A stretch of 62,791 bases of DNA, filler included, from Thermodesulfobacteriota bacterium (GTDB taxonomy: Bacteria > DASVDK01): the NCBI GenBank assembly GCA_036381125.1. It is 5 parts of 5 records of this genome, joined end to end, with 100 filler letters (N's around TTAATTAATTAA, not from the genome) between each part and the next. Parts side by side here need not be neighbours in the genome. Positions count along the whole stretch, not along the records: positions 31,963 to 43,796 come from DASVDK010000089.1; positions 43,897 to 53,613 come from DASVDK010000091.1; 3 more parts are not named here. One strand, 5' to 3'. Positions 41,348 through 52,066 of the stretch are shown piece after piece; within the stretch, counting starts at the first letter, position 1; each line of letters opens with the position of its first letter. The position numbers and the translations under genes were made by a program. Below the pieces are notes generated by a model. That model was not told the DNA's origin and searched no databases. It saw only the letters and a list, made by a program, of their open reading frames with translations.

Positions 41348-42853
41348 GTGAGCCCCGCCTTCGCCCCGACATCGCCCGATCCGGTCGCGCCGCTGCGGCA
41401 GATCGCCGACCAGGCCTTCTCGCGCGCCGCCGGCGCGCCGCTGGTGCCGGGCAACCGCGTCCGCCTCCTGAAGGACGCCGCCGAGAACTACCCGGCCTGG
41501 CTCGACGCCATTGCCGCCGCCCGCCGGACGATCCACTTCGAGAGCTACATCGTCCACGACGACGCGATCGGCCGCCGCTTCGCCGAGGCGCTCGCCGCGC
41601 GCGCCCGGGCGGGCGTCCGGGTGCGCGTCCTCTACGACTTCGTCGGCGCGCTCGGCAAGTCGTCGCGCGCGCTCTGGCGGATCATGCGGGACGCCGGCGC
41701 CGAGGTGCGGGTCTTCAACCCCCCGCGTCTCGACAGCCCCCTCGGCTGGCTCTCGCGTGACCACCGCAAGATGCTCGCGGTCGACGGCCGGATCGGCTTC
41801 GTGACCGGCCTGTGCGTCGGCCGCATGTGGGTGGGCGACCCTGCGCGGGGCCTCGAGCCGTGGCGCGACACCGGGGTCGAGGTGCGGGGGCCGGCCGTGG
41901 CGGCCATCGAGCGGGCCTTCGCGCAGACCTGGGGCGCGGCCGGCGACCCGCTGCCCGAGGGGGACCTGCCGGACGAGTCCGAGATCGCCGCCGAGGGCGA
42001 CGTGGCGATGCGCGTCATCGCGAGCACGCCGTACACGGCGGGGCTCTACCGCCTCGATCAGCTCGTGGCGGCCTTCGCGCGCAAGACCCTCTGGGTGACC
42101 GACGCCTACTTCGTCGCCACCGCCACGTACGTCCAGGCGCTGGCCGCGGCGGCCCGCGACGGCGTGGACGTCCGGCTCCTCGTGCCCGGCCTGAGCGACG
42201 TCCCGCTGGTCAGGCACCTCACGCGCGCCGGCTACCGGGCGCTCCTCGAGGCCGGCGTGCGGGTCTTCGAGTGGAACGGCCCGATGCTGCACGCCAAGTC
42301 GGCCGTGACCGACGGCCGGTGGGCGCGCGTCGGCTCCTCCAACCTGAACATCGCGAGCTGGCTCGGCAACTGGGAGCTGGACGTGGCGATCGAGGACGAG
42401 CCGTTCGCGCGCGCGATGGAGCAGATGTACCTCGACGACCTCTCGCGCGCGACCGAGATCGTGCTCGGACCGAGGCGCAGGATCCAGGTGCCCGGCCGCA
42501 CCCACCGCAGCCGGCCGCGCCGCCTCGGCTCGGCCGGCAGCGCGAGCCGGGTGGCCGCCGGCGCCATCCGGATCGGCAACACGGTCGGGGCCGCCATTGC
42601 CGATCGGCGTACGCTCGGCCCGGCCGAGGCGCGCGTCACCGCGGCGGCCGGCGCGGCCTGCGTCGCGCTCGCCGCCGTCGCCCTGCTGATCCCCGAGCTG
42701 ATCGTCGTCCCCACGGTGCTCCTCGGCGGCTGGATCGGCATCGCGCTCCTCGTGCGCGCCCATCGCCTCCACCGGCAGGGCCGCGAGGCGCGCCGTGCCG
42801 ATCTCAGCGCCGCCAGCCGGCCAGAAGCCGAGCAAAGAGGAGGAGATGGCTGA
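41348..42853 (+). CDS. Cardiolipin synthase-like phospholipase D
   Basis: Two HKD motifs ([16 protein letters not shown]), GSSNLN, C-terminal TM helices. Confidence 0.9.
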   Translation: MSPAFAPTSPDPVAPLRQIADQAFSRAAGAPLVPGNRVRLLKDAAENYPAWLDAIAAARRTIHFESYIVHDDAIGRRFAEALAARARAGVRVRVLYDFVGALGKSSRALWRIMRDAGAEVRVFNPPRLDSPLGWLSRDHRKMLAVDGRIGFVTGLCVGRMWVGDPARGLEPWRDTGVEVRGPAVAAIERAFAQTWGAAGDPLPEGDLPDESEIAAEGDVAMRVIASTPYTAGLYRLDQLVAAFARKTLWVTDAYFVATATYVQALAAAARDGVDVRLLVPGLSDVPLVRHLTRAGYRALLEAGVRVFEWNGPMLHAKSAVTDGRWARVGSSNLNIASWLGNWELDVAIEDEPFARAMEQMYLDDLSRATEIVLGPRRRIQVPGRTHRSRPRRLGSAGSASRVAAGAIRIGNTVGAAIADRRTLGPAEARVTAAAGAACVALAAVALLIPELIVVPTVLLGGWIGIALLVRAHRLHRQGREARRADLSAASRPEAEQRGGDG

Positions 42854-43412
42854 CGATGACGAGCGGCACGAGGAAGGTCGGCAGGAGCGAGAGCGGCAGC
42901 CAGAGGAGCGCCCGCATGGCGTGCGGGTCGGCCAGCGCGATGCGCGACGCGGCGGCGACGACGGCGAGGATGTCGACGAGGCCGAGGACGTTCCAGACGA
43001 GGAGCGCGGCCCGTCCCGCCCCGCGCTCGAGCGGCACGAACAGGACGAGCGCCAGCGCCAGGAGCGCGATCACGATGTCGCCCCACCCCGCGGGCACGGC
43101 CCAGCTCGCCGGCAGCTCGCCCCGCGCGTCGAGGAACAGGAAGTAGATGCCCACGAGCCGGGAGACGTGGACCAGGACGAGGATCCGGAGGTCGACCGTC
43201 GCGGCCCAGTTGCGGAAGGCCGTCGAGAACCTGAGCGCGGCGAGGAACGCGAGGGTCACGGCGACGAGGACCGCCTGCGGGAAGGGAGGCGGCAGGGCGG
43301 CGAGGAGACCGGCCGCCCCGGCGACGAGGGCGGCGACGAACCAGGTGCTGATCGCGATGGCGACCTGGGTGGAGTCGTCCGGGGACGGCGGCCGATCGGT
43401 CGCGAGGCGCAT
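42804..43412 (-). CDS. Hypothetical integral membrane protein
   Basis: Multiple hydrophobic segments; [28 protein letters not shown]. Confidence 0.75.
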   Translation of the reverse strand: MRLATDRPPSPDDSTQVAIAISTWFVAALVAGAAGLLAALPPPFPQAVLVAVTLAFLAALRFSTAFRNWAATVDLRILVLVHVSRLVGIYFLFLDARGELPASWAVPAGWGDIVIALLALALVLFVPLERGAGRAALLVWNVLGLVDILAVVAAASRIALADPHAMRALLWLPLSLLPTFLVPLVIVSHLLLFARLLAGWRR

Positions 43413-43460
43413 GGGGCACCTCCCCGTCGAGCATACCGCATCGCCAGAGGAGACGAGCGC

Positions 43461-43796
43461 GTGACCAGGAGCCGACTCTTGACCCTCGGCATCTCCGCCG
43501 CGGCCATCGCGGGCGTCGCGGTGGCGACACCGCGTCTCACCGCCTTGCCGCCGCCGGCGATCGCCGGAGTCCGCCTGCCGCCCGGGTTCTCGATCACCGT
43601 GTACGCCGACCGGCTCGACGGCGCGCGGCAGATGACCATGAGCCCGTCCGGCACCCTCTACGTCGGCTCGCGCGAGGGGCGCGTCTACGCCGTGCCGGAC
43701 CGGGACGGCGACGGGCGGGGCGACGAGGTCCTCGTCGTCGCGCGCGACCTCGCCGGCCCGCACGGGGTCGCCTTCCGGGACGGCGCGCTCTACGTG
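43461..43796 (+). CDS. Sorbosone/glucose dehydrogenase-like beta-propeller protein, partial
   Basis: Signal peptide; RLPPGFSITVYA, ARQM, DRDGDGRGD, PHGVAFRDGALYV. Confidence 0.8.
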
Positions 43797-43896
43797 NNNN
43801 NNNNNNNNNNNNNNNNNNNNNNNNNNNNNNNNNNNNNNNNTTAATTAATTAANNNNNNNNNNNNNNNNNNNNNNNNNNNNNNNNNNNNNNNNNNNN
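43797..43896. other. Artificial contig linker
   Basis: N run, TTAATTAATTAA, N run. Confidence 0.98.
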
Positions 43897-44782
43897 GTAC
43901 CAGCCGAGGCCCGGCGACGCCTGGACCTATCACGCCGACCTCGCCACCCGCTACGACTGGCTCTGGTTCCTCGTCTGGCCCGCGAGCGTCGTGGCCGCGC
44001 TGGCGCGGCCGCGGGCCGGGCTCTTCGTGGCCTGCGCCTTCTGGGTGCCGTTCGCCGCCCTCTCGGTGGTGGTGGCCACCAAGCAGCCGCGATACGCGGT
44101 GCACCTCCTCCCGTTCGCATGGCTGCTCCTCGGCACCGCCGCCGAGGTTGCCTGGCCCCGGGTGCGCGCGGTCGTCCTCGCGCAGGGCCGACGCCTCGTC
44201 CCCGATCGGCTCGAGGCGGCGGCCTGGCTGCCGCCGGCCCTCCTCGCCGCGGTGCTCGCGCTCGCGCTCGCGCCGCCCCTGTGGGCGACGCCGGCGGTCG
44301 TCGACGCCCTGCGCCGCCACACGGAGACGACCGGCCGATTCACGACGGGGCACTACCAGGAGTGGCGGGACCTCGCCGCGCGGCTCGAGCCTCGCCTGCC
44401 CGCCGACGCGCGGATCGTCTCCACCACGTGGCACGCGCCCATCTACTACCTGCACCGCCCGACGAACCACCTCCTCCCCGCCTTCCGCGAGCGCGGGGAG
44501 GGGGACTGGGAGACGCCGGAGCGGGATCCCCGTCCACAGGTGCAGACCGCGGAGGACCTCGATCGGCTCCTCGCGACGGGACACGCCATCTGGGTGATCA
44601 CCCGGCGGTCGAGCTGGGAACGGCCCGGCTATCTCGACGCCGGCTTCAAGCGCGCCGTGGAGGCGCGGTGCCTCCGGCGGGCGCTGCCGCAACGCTCGAG
44701 CTTCGTCGCGTTCGACTGCGGCCGGCGCCCGGACGGTATCCGACGGGAGGAGCGCGACGCCGCTCCGTCCGATGCCTCGTGA
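43897..44782 (+). CDS. GT-C fold (ArnT/GT39-like) membrane glycosyltransferase, C-terminal part
   Basis: Frame open back to the linker; TM helices with KQPRYAVHLLP, then a periplasmic domain (WRDLAARL, IYYL, WVI). Confidence 0.55.
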
Positions 44783-44817
44783 TCCGGGTGACGTGGGCGG
44801 CTCACGCAGCCGGTCCT

Positions 44818-44833
44818 TGGTTCGCCGCTTGCA
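44818..44833 (+). promoter_or_regulatory. Putative sigma54 promoter
   Basis: TGGTTCGCCGCTTGCA (GG-N10-GC) about 35 nt upstream of ATG 44869. Confidence 0.45.
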
Positions 44834-44868
44834 CCGGGCGCGCGATCGTCACGCCCGGAGATCCGAAC

Positions 44869-46362
44869 ATGGCGCCAGCGGTCACGCGTCGTCTCGTTCG
44901 TTTCCCCCCGTTCGTCCTCGCCGGTCTCGTCGCCCTCGCCGGATGCGGCGACCAGACGGAGACGCTCGCCGGCGCCGGCAGCGACCCGCCGTTCCGTGAT
45001 CGTTCGCTCGGCGGCGTGTCCGACGTCGAGGACGAGATCACCGCGCCGCTGCAGACGTCGGCCGAGGCGGAGGTCGAGGCCGCGCCGCTGCCGCCCCCGG
45101 CCGACCCCGACGACCTCGAGGCGGCCGCCGCCCGTGCCGAGACCCTCGTGGCCGACCCGGAGGAGCGGGTGCGCGAGCCGACGACGGCGCCCACGCCGGC
45201 GCCGCCCGCGGCCCGGCCGTCCGCCGACGGGACGCTCGACCGGCTCTGCTTCTCGCCGAAGGAGGACTGCCTGAACCTGCTCCTCTCCTACCTCCAGGCG
45301 GAGACGGAGGGGATCGACATCGCCATCTACCACCTGTACGACAGCCGGATCTCGGAGATCCTCATCCGGAAGCACGGGGCCGGGGTACCGGTTCGCGTAC
45401 TGGCCGACCGCCACGCGTACACCGTCAAGGCCTCGCACCGGCGCGAGATGAACAGGCTCGCGGCAGGCGGGGTGCCGGTGCGGACGAACCGCTTCCGGGG
45501 GATCATCCACCACAAGATGACGATCCTCCACGGTCTCGGGCTCGTCGAGCAGGGCTCGATGAACTACACGTCCATCGCGAGCCGCAAGGTGGCCGGCGCG
45601 AACGGCCGGCCGGAGTGGAACGAGGAGCTGGCGTTCTTCACGACGAACCGGCGCGTCCTCGCGCGCTACCGGGAGCGCTTCGACCGCGCCTGGGCCAACA
45701 CGGGCGGCGGCCAGAAGGCGTACCTGGTCTTCCGTCCCGACATGGCGCTGCCGACGTTCGACGAGGCGGAGGCCCGCAAGCCGGTCACCTGCTACGAGAA
45801 TCCGAGCCCTGGCCCGAGGCCGTTGCGGGAGGATCCGCTGCTGTCGGTCTGCTTCGGCGGCGATCAGCAGTGCAACAAGGACGTGGTCGGTCCGCTCGTC
45901 GCGGACGAGAACCGGCGCCTCGACGTGATCGCCTTCCGGCTCACGGTCGGCTCGGTCACCGGCCCGATCCTCGAGCGGGCGCGGGCGGGAGTGTCGGTGC
46001 GCCTGATCTTCGAGCGATCGCAGTATGCCCACCCGAGCTACCCGAGCATGACGGCGTTCCTGAACGCGCTCCACGAGATCGGCCGGGCGACGGGGGAGGT
46101 GGCGATCAGGGCGACCGCGCACCAGGGTTTCATGCACATGAAGTCCGTCATCACGTCGAAGGCGGCGACCTGGGGCTCGGGCAACTACACCACGACGTCG
46201 TCCAGGCACGTGCGCGGTTGCCAGAGCCTCTACTACCAGGCGGAGGACATGATCGTCGCGAAGGACGGGTCCCTCGTCGACCGGATGCGGGCCCGCTTCG
46301 ACGAGATGTGGGAGAGCCGCGACTTCGCCGACTGGGAGCCGTCCGGGGGGGCCGAGGAGTGA
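44869..46362 (+). CDS. Phospholipase D-like lipoprotein with two degenerate HKD motifs
   Basis: Lipobox LAGC; two Nuc-like repeats (IDIAIY...HHKMTILHG...GSMNYT; LDVIAF...HMKSVITS...GSGNYT). Confidence 0.82.
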   Translation: MAPAVTRRLVRFPPFVLAGLVALAGCGDQTETLAGAGSDPPFRDRSLGGVSDVEDEITAPLQTSAEAEVEAAPLPPPADPDDLEAAAARAETLVADPEERVREPTTAPTPAPPAARPSADGTLDRLCFSPKEDCLNLLLSYLQAETEGIDIAIYHLYDSRISEILIRKHGAGVPVRVLADRHAYTVKASHRREMNRLAAGGVPVRTNRFRGIIHHKMTILHGLGLVEQGSMNYTSIASRKVAGANGRPEWNEELAFFTTNRRVLARYRERFDRAWANTGGGQKAYLVFRPDMALPTFDEAEARKPVTCYENPSPGPRPLREDPLLSVCFGGDQQCNKDVVGPLVADENRRLDVIAFRLTVGSVTGPILERARAGVSVRLIFERSQYAHPSYPSMTAFLNALHEIGRATGEVAIRATAHQGFMHMKSVITSKAATWGSGNYTTTSSRHVRGCQSLYYQAEDMIVAKDGSLVDRMRARFDEMWESRDFADWEPSGGAEE

Positions 46363-46372
46363 ACGAGCCGCG

Positions 46373-46759
46373 CTATCGCGTCTCGGGGAAGGTCCAGCGG
46401 GAGTTGCAGAGGTAGTTGATCGCGGTGCCCGGGAGGATGCCGATCGCCTGCGCGACCGTCGGCGGGATGCCCGGGACCAGGCGGGAGAGCAGGACGAAGG
46501 CCGCGTAGCTCGCCAGGAGGGCCAGCAGCGCGACGGACTTGAACTTGAGCCCCCTGACCCAGAGGGAGTCCGATCGAGGGCGGTCGGCGAAGGTCCACGT
46601 CTCGTGGAGGACGAAGTTCGAGAGGATCGACGCCTCGATGGCGATCGGCGAGGCGAGATACTTGTTGAGGCCGGCCGCCAGGAGGAGCGCGAGCGTGCCG
46701 AGGTTCACGACCGCGCCGACCGCGCCGACGGCGAGGAAGCGCGCCAGGCGCGGCGTCAT
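46373..46759 (-). CDS. GtrA family flippase-like protein
   Basis: RFLAVGAVGAVVN, NFVLHETWTF, NYLCNSRWTF. Confidence 0.9.
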   Translation of the reverse strand: MTPRLARFLAVGAVGAVVNLGTLALLLAAGLNKYLASPIAIEASILSNFVLHETWTFADRPRSDSLWVRGLKFKSVALLALLASYAAFVLLSRLVPGIPPTVAQAIGILPGTAINYLCNSRWTFPETR

Positions 46760-47757
46760 CGACCCGTCGTGCCGACCGGGGCCGGGCCCGCCGCCGCGGG
46801 CCTCTGGGCCGCCGCCTCCCGCTCGTCGAAGCCGACCGCTTCGCGCACCAGGTAGAGCGGCCGCCCCTTCACCTCCGTGTAGATGCGCCCGATGTACTCG
46901 CCGATCACGCCGAGGGTGATGAGCTGGATGCCGCCGAGGAAGAGGATGACCACCATGAGGGACGCGTAGCCGGGTACGTCCGAGCCGTGCAGGAGCGTGC
47001 GGACGACGAGGAACGCGGCGAACAGGAAGGCGAAGAGCGACACGGCGAGCCCCACGTAGGTCCAGACTCGGAGCGGGACCGTGCTGAAGGAGGTGATGCC
47101 GTCGAGGGCGAAGTTCCAGAGGCGCCAGTAGTTCCAGGTCGTGCGCCCGGCGTGGCGCGGGGCGCGGTCGTAGAGGATCGCCGTCTGACGGAAGCCGACC
47201 CAGGCGAAGAGGCCCTTCATGAAGCGGGTGCGCTCGGGGAGGTTCCGGAGCGCCTCGACCACCCGGCGGTCCATGAGCCGGAAGTCGCCCGTGTTGCGGG
47301 GGATCGGGATCTCCGTCACCCGGTCGAGCACGCGGTAGAACGCGTTGGCCGTGAAGCGCTTGAGCCAGCTCTCGCCGCGGCGGGACCGGCGCGTGGCGTA
47401 CACGACGTCGTAGCCCGACCGCCATGCGGCGACCAGCTCGGCGATGACCTCGGGCGGGTCCTGCAGGTCGGCGTCGATCGGCACGACGGCCTCGCCGCTC
47501 GCGTAGTCGATGCCGGCGGTGAGCGCCACCTCCTTGCCGAAGTTCCGGGCGAGGCTGAGGACCTTGAGGCTGGGCGTCCGGCGCCGCTGCGCGAGGAGCC
47601 GGGCGAGCGTGTCGTCCCGGCTGCCGTCGTTCACGCAGATGACCTCGTAGGACAGACCGAGCCGATCGAGGACCGGGATGATCCGGTCGACGAACCGGTC
47701 CACGTTCGCCGACTCGTTGTACATCGGCGCGACGACCGACAGCTCCACGCGGGGCAT
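46756..47757 (-). CDS. GtrB-like polyprenol-phosphate glycosyltransferase (GT2)
   Basis: VNDGSRD, RNFGKE, IDADLQDPP, GDFRLMDR, two C-terminal TM helices, GEYIGRIY. Confidence 0.93.
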   Translation of the reverse strand: MPRVELSVVAPMYNESANVDRFVDRIIPVLDRLGLSYEVICVNDGSRDDTLARLLAQRRRTPSLKVLSLARNFGKEVALTAGIDYASGEAVVPIDADLQDPPEVIAELVAAWRSGYDVVYATRRSRRGESWLKRFTANAFYRVLDRVTEIPIPRNTGDFRLMDRRVVEALRNLPERTRFMKGLFAWVGFRQTAILYDRAPRHAGRTTWNYWRLWNFALDGITSFSTVPLRVWTYVGLAVSLFAFLFAAFLVVRTLLHGSDVPGYASLMVVILFLGGIQLITLGVIGEYIGRIYTEVKGRPLYLVREAVGFDEREAAAQRPAAAGPAPVGTTGR

Positions 47758-47918
47758 GGCAGACCTGGCCCTCCGGGTCGGTTGGCGAGCCTCTCGCCGC
47801 GACCAGCCCCTAGCTTAAACGATGCCAGACGGGCGGAGTAGGGCCTCGCCGGCCGCCGGCGAGGGCGGCGGGGACGGTGCCGCCGGAGCGTCGGGGGAGG
47901 CGGCGCCCGGCGCGCGGG

Positions 47919-49280
47919 TCAGTCGGCGGCGGGCGCTTCCTCGGCGAGCGCCGCCGCGTCCGGCGCGGCGGCCTGCGGGGCGGCCGCCTCCGGCGCGGCC
48001 TCGCCCGGCCGTTCGATCTCCGAGAGCACCTCCTCGGGCGATCGGCCGCGGCGCGCGCCGTGCTGGATGAGGTTGTACAGCTCGTTCACCGCCACGAACT
48101 GCGCGTAGTAGTTGCGCGACGCGTACTTGAAGCGGGGGCCGTTGTACGTGCGCACGATGACGTCCACGTCGGTCGTCCCCGTGCGCCTCACCGCGTTCTT
48201 GATCCCCGCGAGCCCGTGGTGGTAGGCCATGAGCGCCAGCGGCCAGGACCCGGTCTCCCGGTAGTTGTAGGAGAGGAGCTTGGCCGCCGCGATGGTCGAG
48301 GCCTTGACGTCGCGGCGGCGGTCCTGCTTCTTGTCGACGAGGTCGTAGAGGCGTGCGGTCGACTTGATGAACTGCCAGACCCCGACCGCGCGCGACTTGG
48401 ACGACGCCTGCGGGTTGAAGCCGGACTCGACGAAGGGCAGCCGCGTCAGCTCGATCGGCAGGTTCCGCTCGCGGAAGATCCGTTCCATCTCGGGCAGGTA
48501 GCGCTCCGAGGCGTCGAGCGCCTCGAGGAACCGGTCGCGCATGCCGGCCTGGCCGTGGATGCGGCGCCCCGCCTCCCGGTACTTCTCCGGCCCGCCCGGC
48601 ACGGCCTCGAGGAGCGCCTTCACGCGCGCCTCCTCGGAGGAGAGCCGCGTCGCCGGCGTCGCGGCGGCGAGGCGCGCGAGGATCGCGCGGTACTTCTCCC
48701 GCGCGCGGCGGACGGTCGCCCGGCGCGCCGCGAGGTAGCGCTTCCACTCGGCCGGCCGCGACGACATCTGGACGACCTCGTAGATCACGTTCATGTGCCG
48801 GGTGTCGTGCACGACGATGTCGTAGAGGCCCACCTGCGAGTAGATGAACTTCCAGAAGTCGACGCGCGTCCGGAGCTGACCGGGGACGGGGAAGCCCGGA
48901 TCGAGCACCGCCATCGGGGTGTCCGGGAGGCCCTCGACGTCGACCTCCGCATTCTCCGGCGACGCGGCGACGCCCCACTCGGGCTCGGTCTGGCGGGGCG
49001 AGGCGGCCGGGTCCGGCGCGACCGTTCGATCGGCCTGCGACAGCGCCCCCGCCGGGTCGGGGCCCGCCTCGCGGTCGCCGTCGGCCTCCGGCTCCTCGAC
49101 CGCCTCGGCGAGCGAGGCCGGCGTGACCTCGGCCTGCGGGGTCGCCTCCGCCGCGTCCGTCGGCTCGACCGCCGCGGCCGGCCGCGCCGCAATCCCGGGG
49201 GTCAGCGCCAGAGTGAGCAATGTCACAAGAGAGCCGCAAGCGGCCTTCGCGGCGGTGGAAATCGGGTGACGACGGGACAT
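47919..49280 (-). CDS. Lytic transglycosylase (SLT/MltD-like, no LysM)
   Basis: LPFVESGFN, AVGVWQF, WPLALMAYHHG, ASRNYYAQF. Confidence 0.9.
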   Translation of the reverse strand: MSRRHPISTAAKAACGSLVTLLTLALTPGIAARPAAAVEPTDAAEATPQAEVTPASLAEAVEEPEADGDREAGPDPAGALSQADRTVAPDPAASPRQTEPEWGVAASPENAEVDVEGLPDTPMAVLDPGFPVPGQLRTRVDFWKFIYSQVGLYDIVVHDTRHMNVIYEVVQMSSRPAEWKRYLAARRATVRRAREKYRAILARLAAATPATRLSSEEARVKALLEAVPGGPEKYREAGRRIHGQAGMRDRFLEALDASERYLPEMERIFRERNLPIELTRLPFVESGFNPQASSKSRAVGVWQFIKSTARLYDLVDKKQDRRRDVKASTIAAAKLLSYNYRETGSWPLALMAYHHGLAGIKNAVRRTGTTDVDVIVRTYNGPRFKYASRNYYAQFVAVNELYNLIQHGARRGRSPEEVLSEIERPGEAAPEAAAPQAAAPDAAALAEEAPAAD

Positions 49281-49431
49281 CCGGGCGGCCTCCCTTGGGA
49301 CGATGCCGCCCGGGTTCTACGGATTGGTGGGGGGGCTGTCAAGCCATTTCTCGGGGCAGATGACCCCGACCGGGCAGGCCTGCCCGCCCGGCGATGCGGA
49401 GCCGCCGAACCACGCGCGATCGGCTGCCGCG

Positions 49432-50352
49432 TTACTCGGCGAGCCTGGACTCGTCGATGCTGATCTTCGCCTTTGCGCGGAGGTCCTCGACGTACTGCTC
49501 GACCGCGCGCTGTTGCCGCTCCTCCCGCAACTGCTCCGCGATGCGGTCCTTCACGTCGTCGAACGAGGCCTGCTCGGCGGGGCGCTTCTCCTCGAGCCTG
49601 ATAATGTGGTAGCCGAATTGCGTCTTCACCACTGGCGACAGGTCGCCCGGCTTCTCGAGGCGGAAGGCCGCGTCGGCGAACGCCGGCACCATCCGATCCT
49701 TCGTGAAGAACCCGAGGTCGCCGCCCCGGCCGGCGCTCCCCTCGTCCTTCGAGGACGCCCTGGCCGCCTCGGCGAAGTCTCTGCCGCCCAGGATCTCCTC
49801 GCGCAGTTGCCTGGCCTGCGCCTCGGTGTCGACGAGGATGTGGCTCGCCCGCACCTGCTCCTGCGACTTGAGGAACTGGTCCCTGTGCGTGTCGTAGTAC
49901 GCCCTGAGGTCGCTCTCGGGGACGTTCGCCGCCGCCCGGTCGGCCACCTGCTGGATCATCGCCACGATGGCCGCCTGCTCGGCGTACGCCTGGACCTGCG
50001 CCTTCACCGCCGGGTCGTCCGGCATGCCCTGCGCCCTGGCGCGCGCGTAGAGGAGCTTCGTCAGGATGAGGTTGTCGAGCACCTGCTTGCGGCCCTGCGG
50101 CGTGGCGGCCAGCGACCGGTACTGCTCGGGCAGCCGCGTGAGCGCCTCGTCGAGGTCCTTCCTCGTGACGACCTGACCGTCGACCGTGGCGATCACCACG
50201 TCGCCGGGCGCAGCCGAGCCGGCCGCGGAGGCGCCGGGAGCGGTCTGGCCCTTCGCGGGCTCGGACGGCGCGGCGGCGGCCGCCGCGGTGAAGGGGACGA
50301 GGGCAGCCGCAATCGCGAGCGCCGCGAGCGCGGCGCGAGGGGTCGAGCGCAT
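49432..50352 (-). CDS. Parvulin-type peptidyl-prolyl isomerase (PrsA/PpiC-like)
   Basis: Signal peptide, VRASHILV, GGDLGFF, VKTQFGYHII. Confidence 0.92.
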   Translation of the reverse strand: MRSTPRAALAALAIAAALVPFTAAAAAAPSEPAKGQTAPGASAAGSAAPGDVVIATVDGQVVTRKDLDEALTRLPEQYRSLAATPQGRKQVLDNLILTKLLYARARAQGMPDDPAVKAQVQAYAEQAAIVAMIQQVADRAAANVPESDLRAYYDTHRDQFLKSQEQVRASHILVDTEAQARQLREEILGGRDFAEAARASSKDEGSAGRGGDLGFFTKDRMVPAFADAAFRLEKPGDLSPVVKTQFGYHIIRLEEKRPAEQASFDDVKDRIAEQLREERQQRAVEQYVEDLRAKAKISIDESRLAE

Positions 50353-50419
50353 GGCGATGGAGCCTCCGGGACGCGAAAAGGTCCATGCTCGCGCGCCGGG
50401 CGCCGAGCGTCAAGGCGCC

Positions 50420-51946
50420 TCACGGCGACGCACGGGCGAGGCGGCGGTCGAGCCCGCGGTACGTGAGGGCCTCGGCGTAGTGGCGCAGCGAGAGAGGCTC
50501 GTCGTCGAGCGCTGCGATGGTGCGCGCGACGGCGAGCACGCGCGTCTCGGCGCGCGCCGAGAGGCCGGTGCGTAGCAGGGCGGTCTCGAGCAGGCTCGAC
50601 ACGCCGGCCGGCAGGCGCGCGAGGTCGACCTCCGGCGGACGGCCGATGCGAGGCCCGGCTCGCCCGGCGAGCCGGGCCCGTGCCGCCTCGACGCGCGCGC
50701 GCACGTCGGCCGTCGCCTCGCCCGGCTCGGCAGCCAGCTCGGCGAGCGAGGGCGGCGACATGTAGACCTGCAGGTCGATGCGGTCGAGCAGGGGGCCCGA
50801 CAGACGCGCGCGGTGCCCGGCCAGCCCCGCGGGCGTGCACGTGCAGACGCGGGCCTCCGCGCCGTAGTTGCCGCACGGGCAGGGGTTGCACGCTGCGACG
50901 AGCCGGAATCGGGCGGGGAACTCCACCGATCCGGTGCCGCGCACGAGGCGGATGCGCCCCTCCTCGAGCGGCTCGCGCAGTCCCTCGAGGACCCCTGGCT
51001 GGAACTCCGTCGCCTCGTCGAGGAAGAGGACGCCGTGATGCGCGAGCGTGATCTCGCCGGGACGAATGGCGCCGCTGCCGCCGCCGAGCAGGCCGGCCGC
51101 GGAGACGCTGTGGTGCGGGGCCCGGAAGGGGCGGCGCGTGACGAGGGGGCGCGACGGGCTCAGGAGGCCGGCCGCGGAGTAGACGGCCGACACCTCGAGC
51201 GCCTCCTCGGGGGTGAGCGGCGGGAGCAGCCCGGGGAGGCGGCGGGCCAGCATGGTCTTGCCGGAGCCGGGCGGGCCGATGAGGAGCAGGTCGTGGCCCC
51301 CCGCGGCGGCGATCTCGAGTGCGCGCCGGGCGAGCGGCTGCCCGCGGACGTCCGCGAGGTCCGGGGTGTCGCCGGTGTGTCCCTCGGCGGCCAGGCGGGC
51401 CGCGAGATCGCCGGTCACGACCGGCAGGGGTGGGCCGCCGGAGAGGTGGGCGACGGCCGCCCGCAGGGTTGGCGCCGCGCGAACGACGAGGCCGGGCACC
51501 GAGGCTGCCTCCGCCGCGACGGCGTCGGCGAGCCACATCTCGCCGACGCCCGCGCGCCGCGCGGCGAGCGCCGCCGGGAGACCGCCGGGCACCGGCCGCA
51601 CCGCGCCGTCGAGGGCCAGCTCGCCGAGGAGGAGGGGGCCCGACGCGAGGGCGTCGGCCGGCAGCGTCCCGGTGGCCGCCAGGAGCGCCAGCGCGATGGC
51701 CAGGTCGAATCCGGCGCCGGCCTTGCGCTGGTCGGCCGGTGCCAGGTTGACGGTGATCCGGCGGGCCGGGAACTCGAGCCCCGCGTGCTTGATGGCCGCT
51801 CGGACGCGGTCGCGGCTCTCGCGGACGGCGGAGTCGGGGAGGCCGACGATGGAGAAGTAGGGCAGGCCGCCGCCGAGGTCCACCTCGACCTCGACCAGGC
51901 GCGCCGCGACCCCCACGAGGGTGGCCGTTCTCGCACGGGCGAGCAT
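50420..51946 (-). CDS. comM: YifB/ComM Mg-chelatase-like AAA+ ATPase
   Basis: IVGLPD, ITVNLAPAD, GPPGSGKT, PFRAPHH, LFLDE, NPCPCG, SGPLLDRID. Confidence 0.93.
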   Translation of the reverse strand: MLARARTATLVGVAARLVEVEVDLGGGLPYFSIVGLPDSAVRESRDRVRAAIKHAGLEFPARRITVNLAPADQRKAGAGFDLAIALALLAATGTLPADALASGPLLLGELALDGAVRPVPGGLPAALAARRAGVGEMWLADAVAAEAASVPGLVVRAAPTLRAAVAHLSGGPPLPVVTGDLAARLAAEGHTGDTPDLADVRGQPLARRALEIAAAGGHDLLLIGPPGSGKTMLARRLPGLLPPLTPEEALEVSAVYSAAGLLSPSRPLVTRRPFRAPHHSVSAAGLLGGGSGAIRPGEITLAHHGVLFLDEATEFQPGVLEGLREPLEEGRIRLVRGTGSVEFPARFRLVAACNPCPCGNYGAEARVCTCTPAGLAGHRARLSGPLLDRIDLQVYMSPPSLAELAAEPGEATADVRARVEAARARLAGRAGPRIGRPPEVDLARLPAGVSSLLETALLRTGLSARAETRVLAVARTIAALDDEPLSLRHYAEALTYRGLDRRLARASP

Positions 51947-52066
51947 CGCGCCCGTGGGGAGCAGCCGGCATGCCGGGGCGAGCGTCCCTCGGATCAACGG
52001 GTTCCGGAACAGGGACCGGCGCGAGGGGTCCCGTTCCCGGTCGATGGTCCGGGCATCGCCCGGCGG

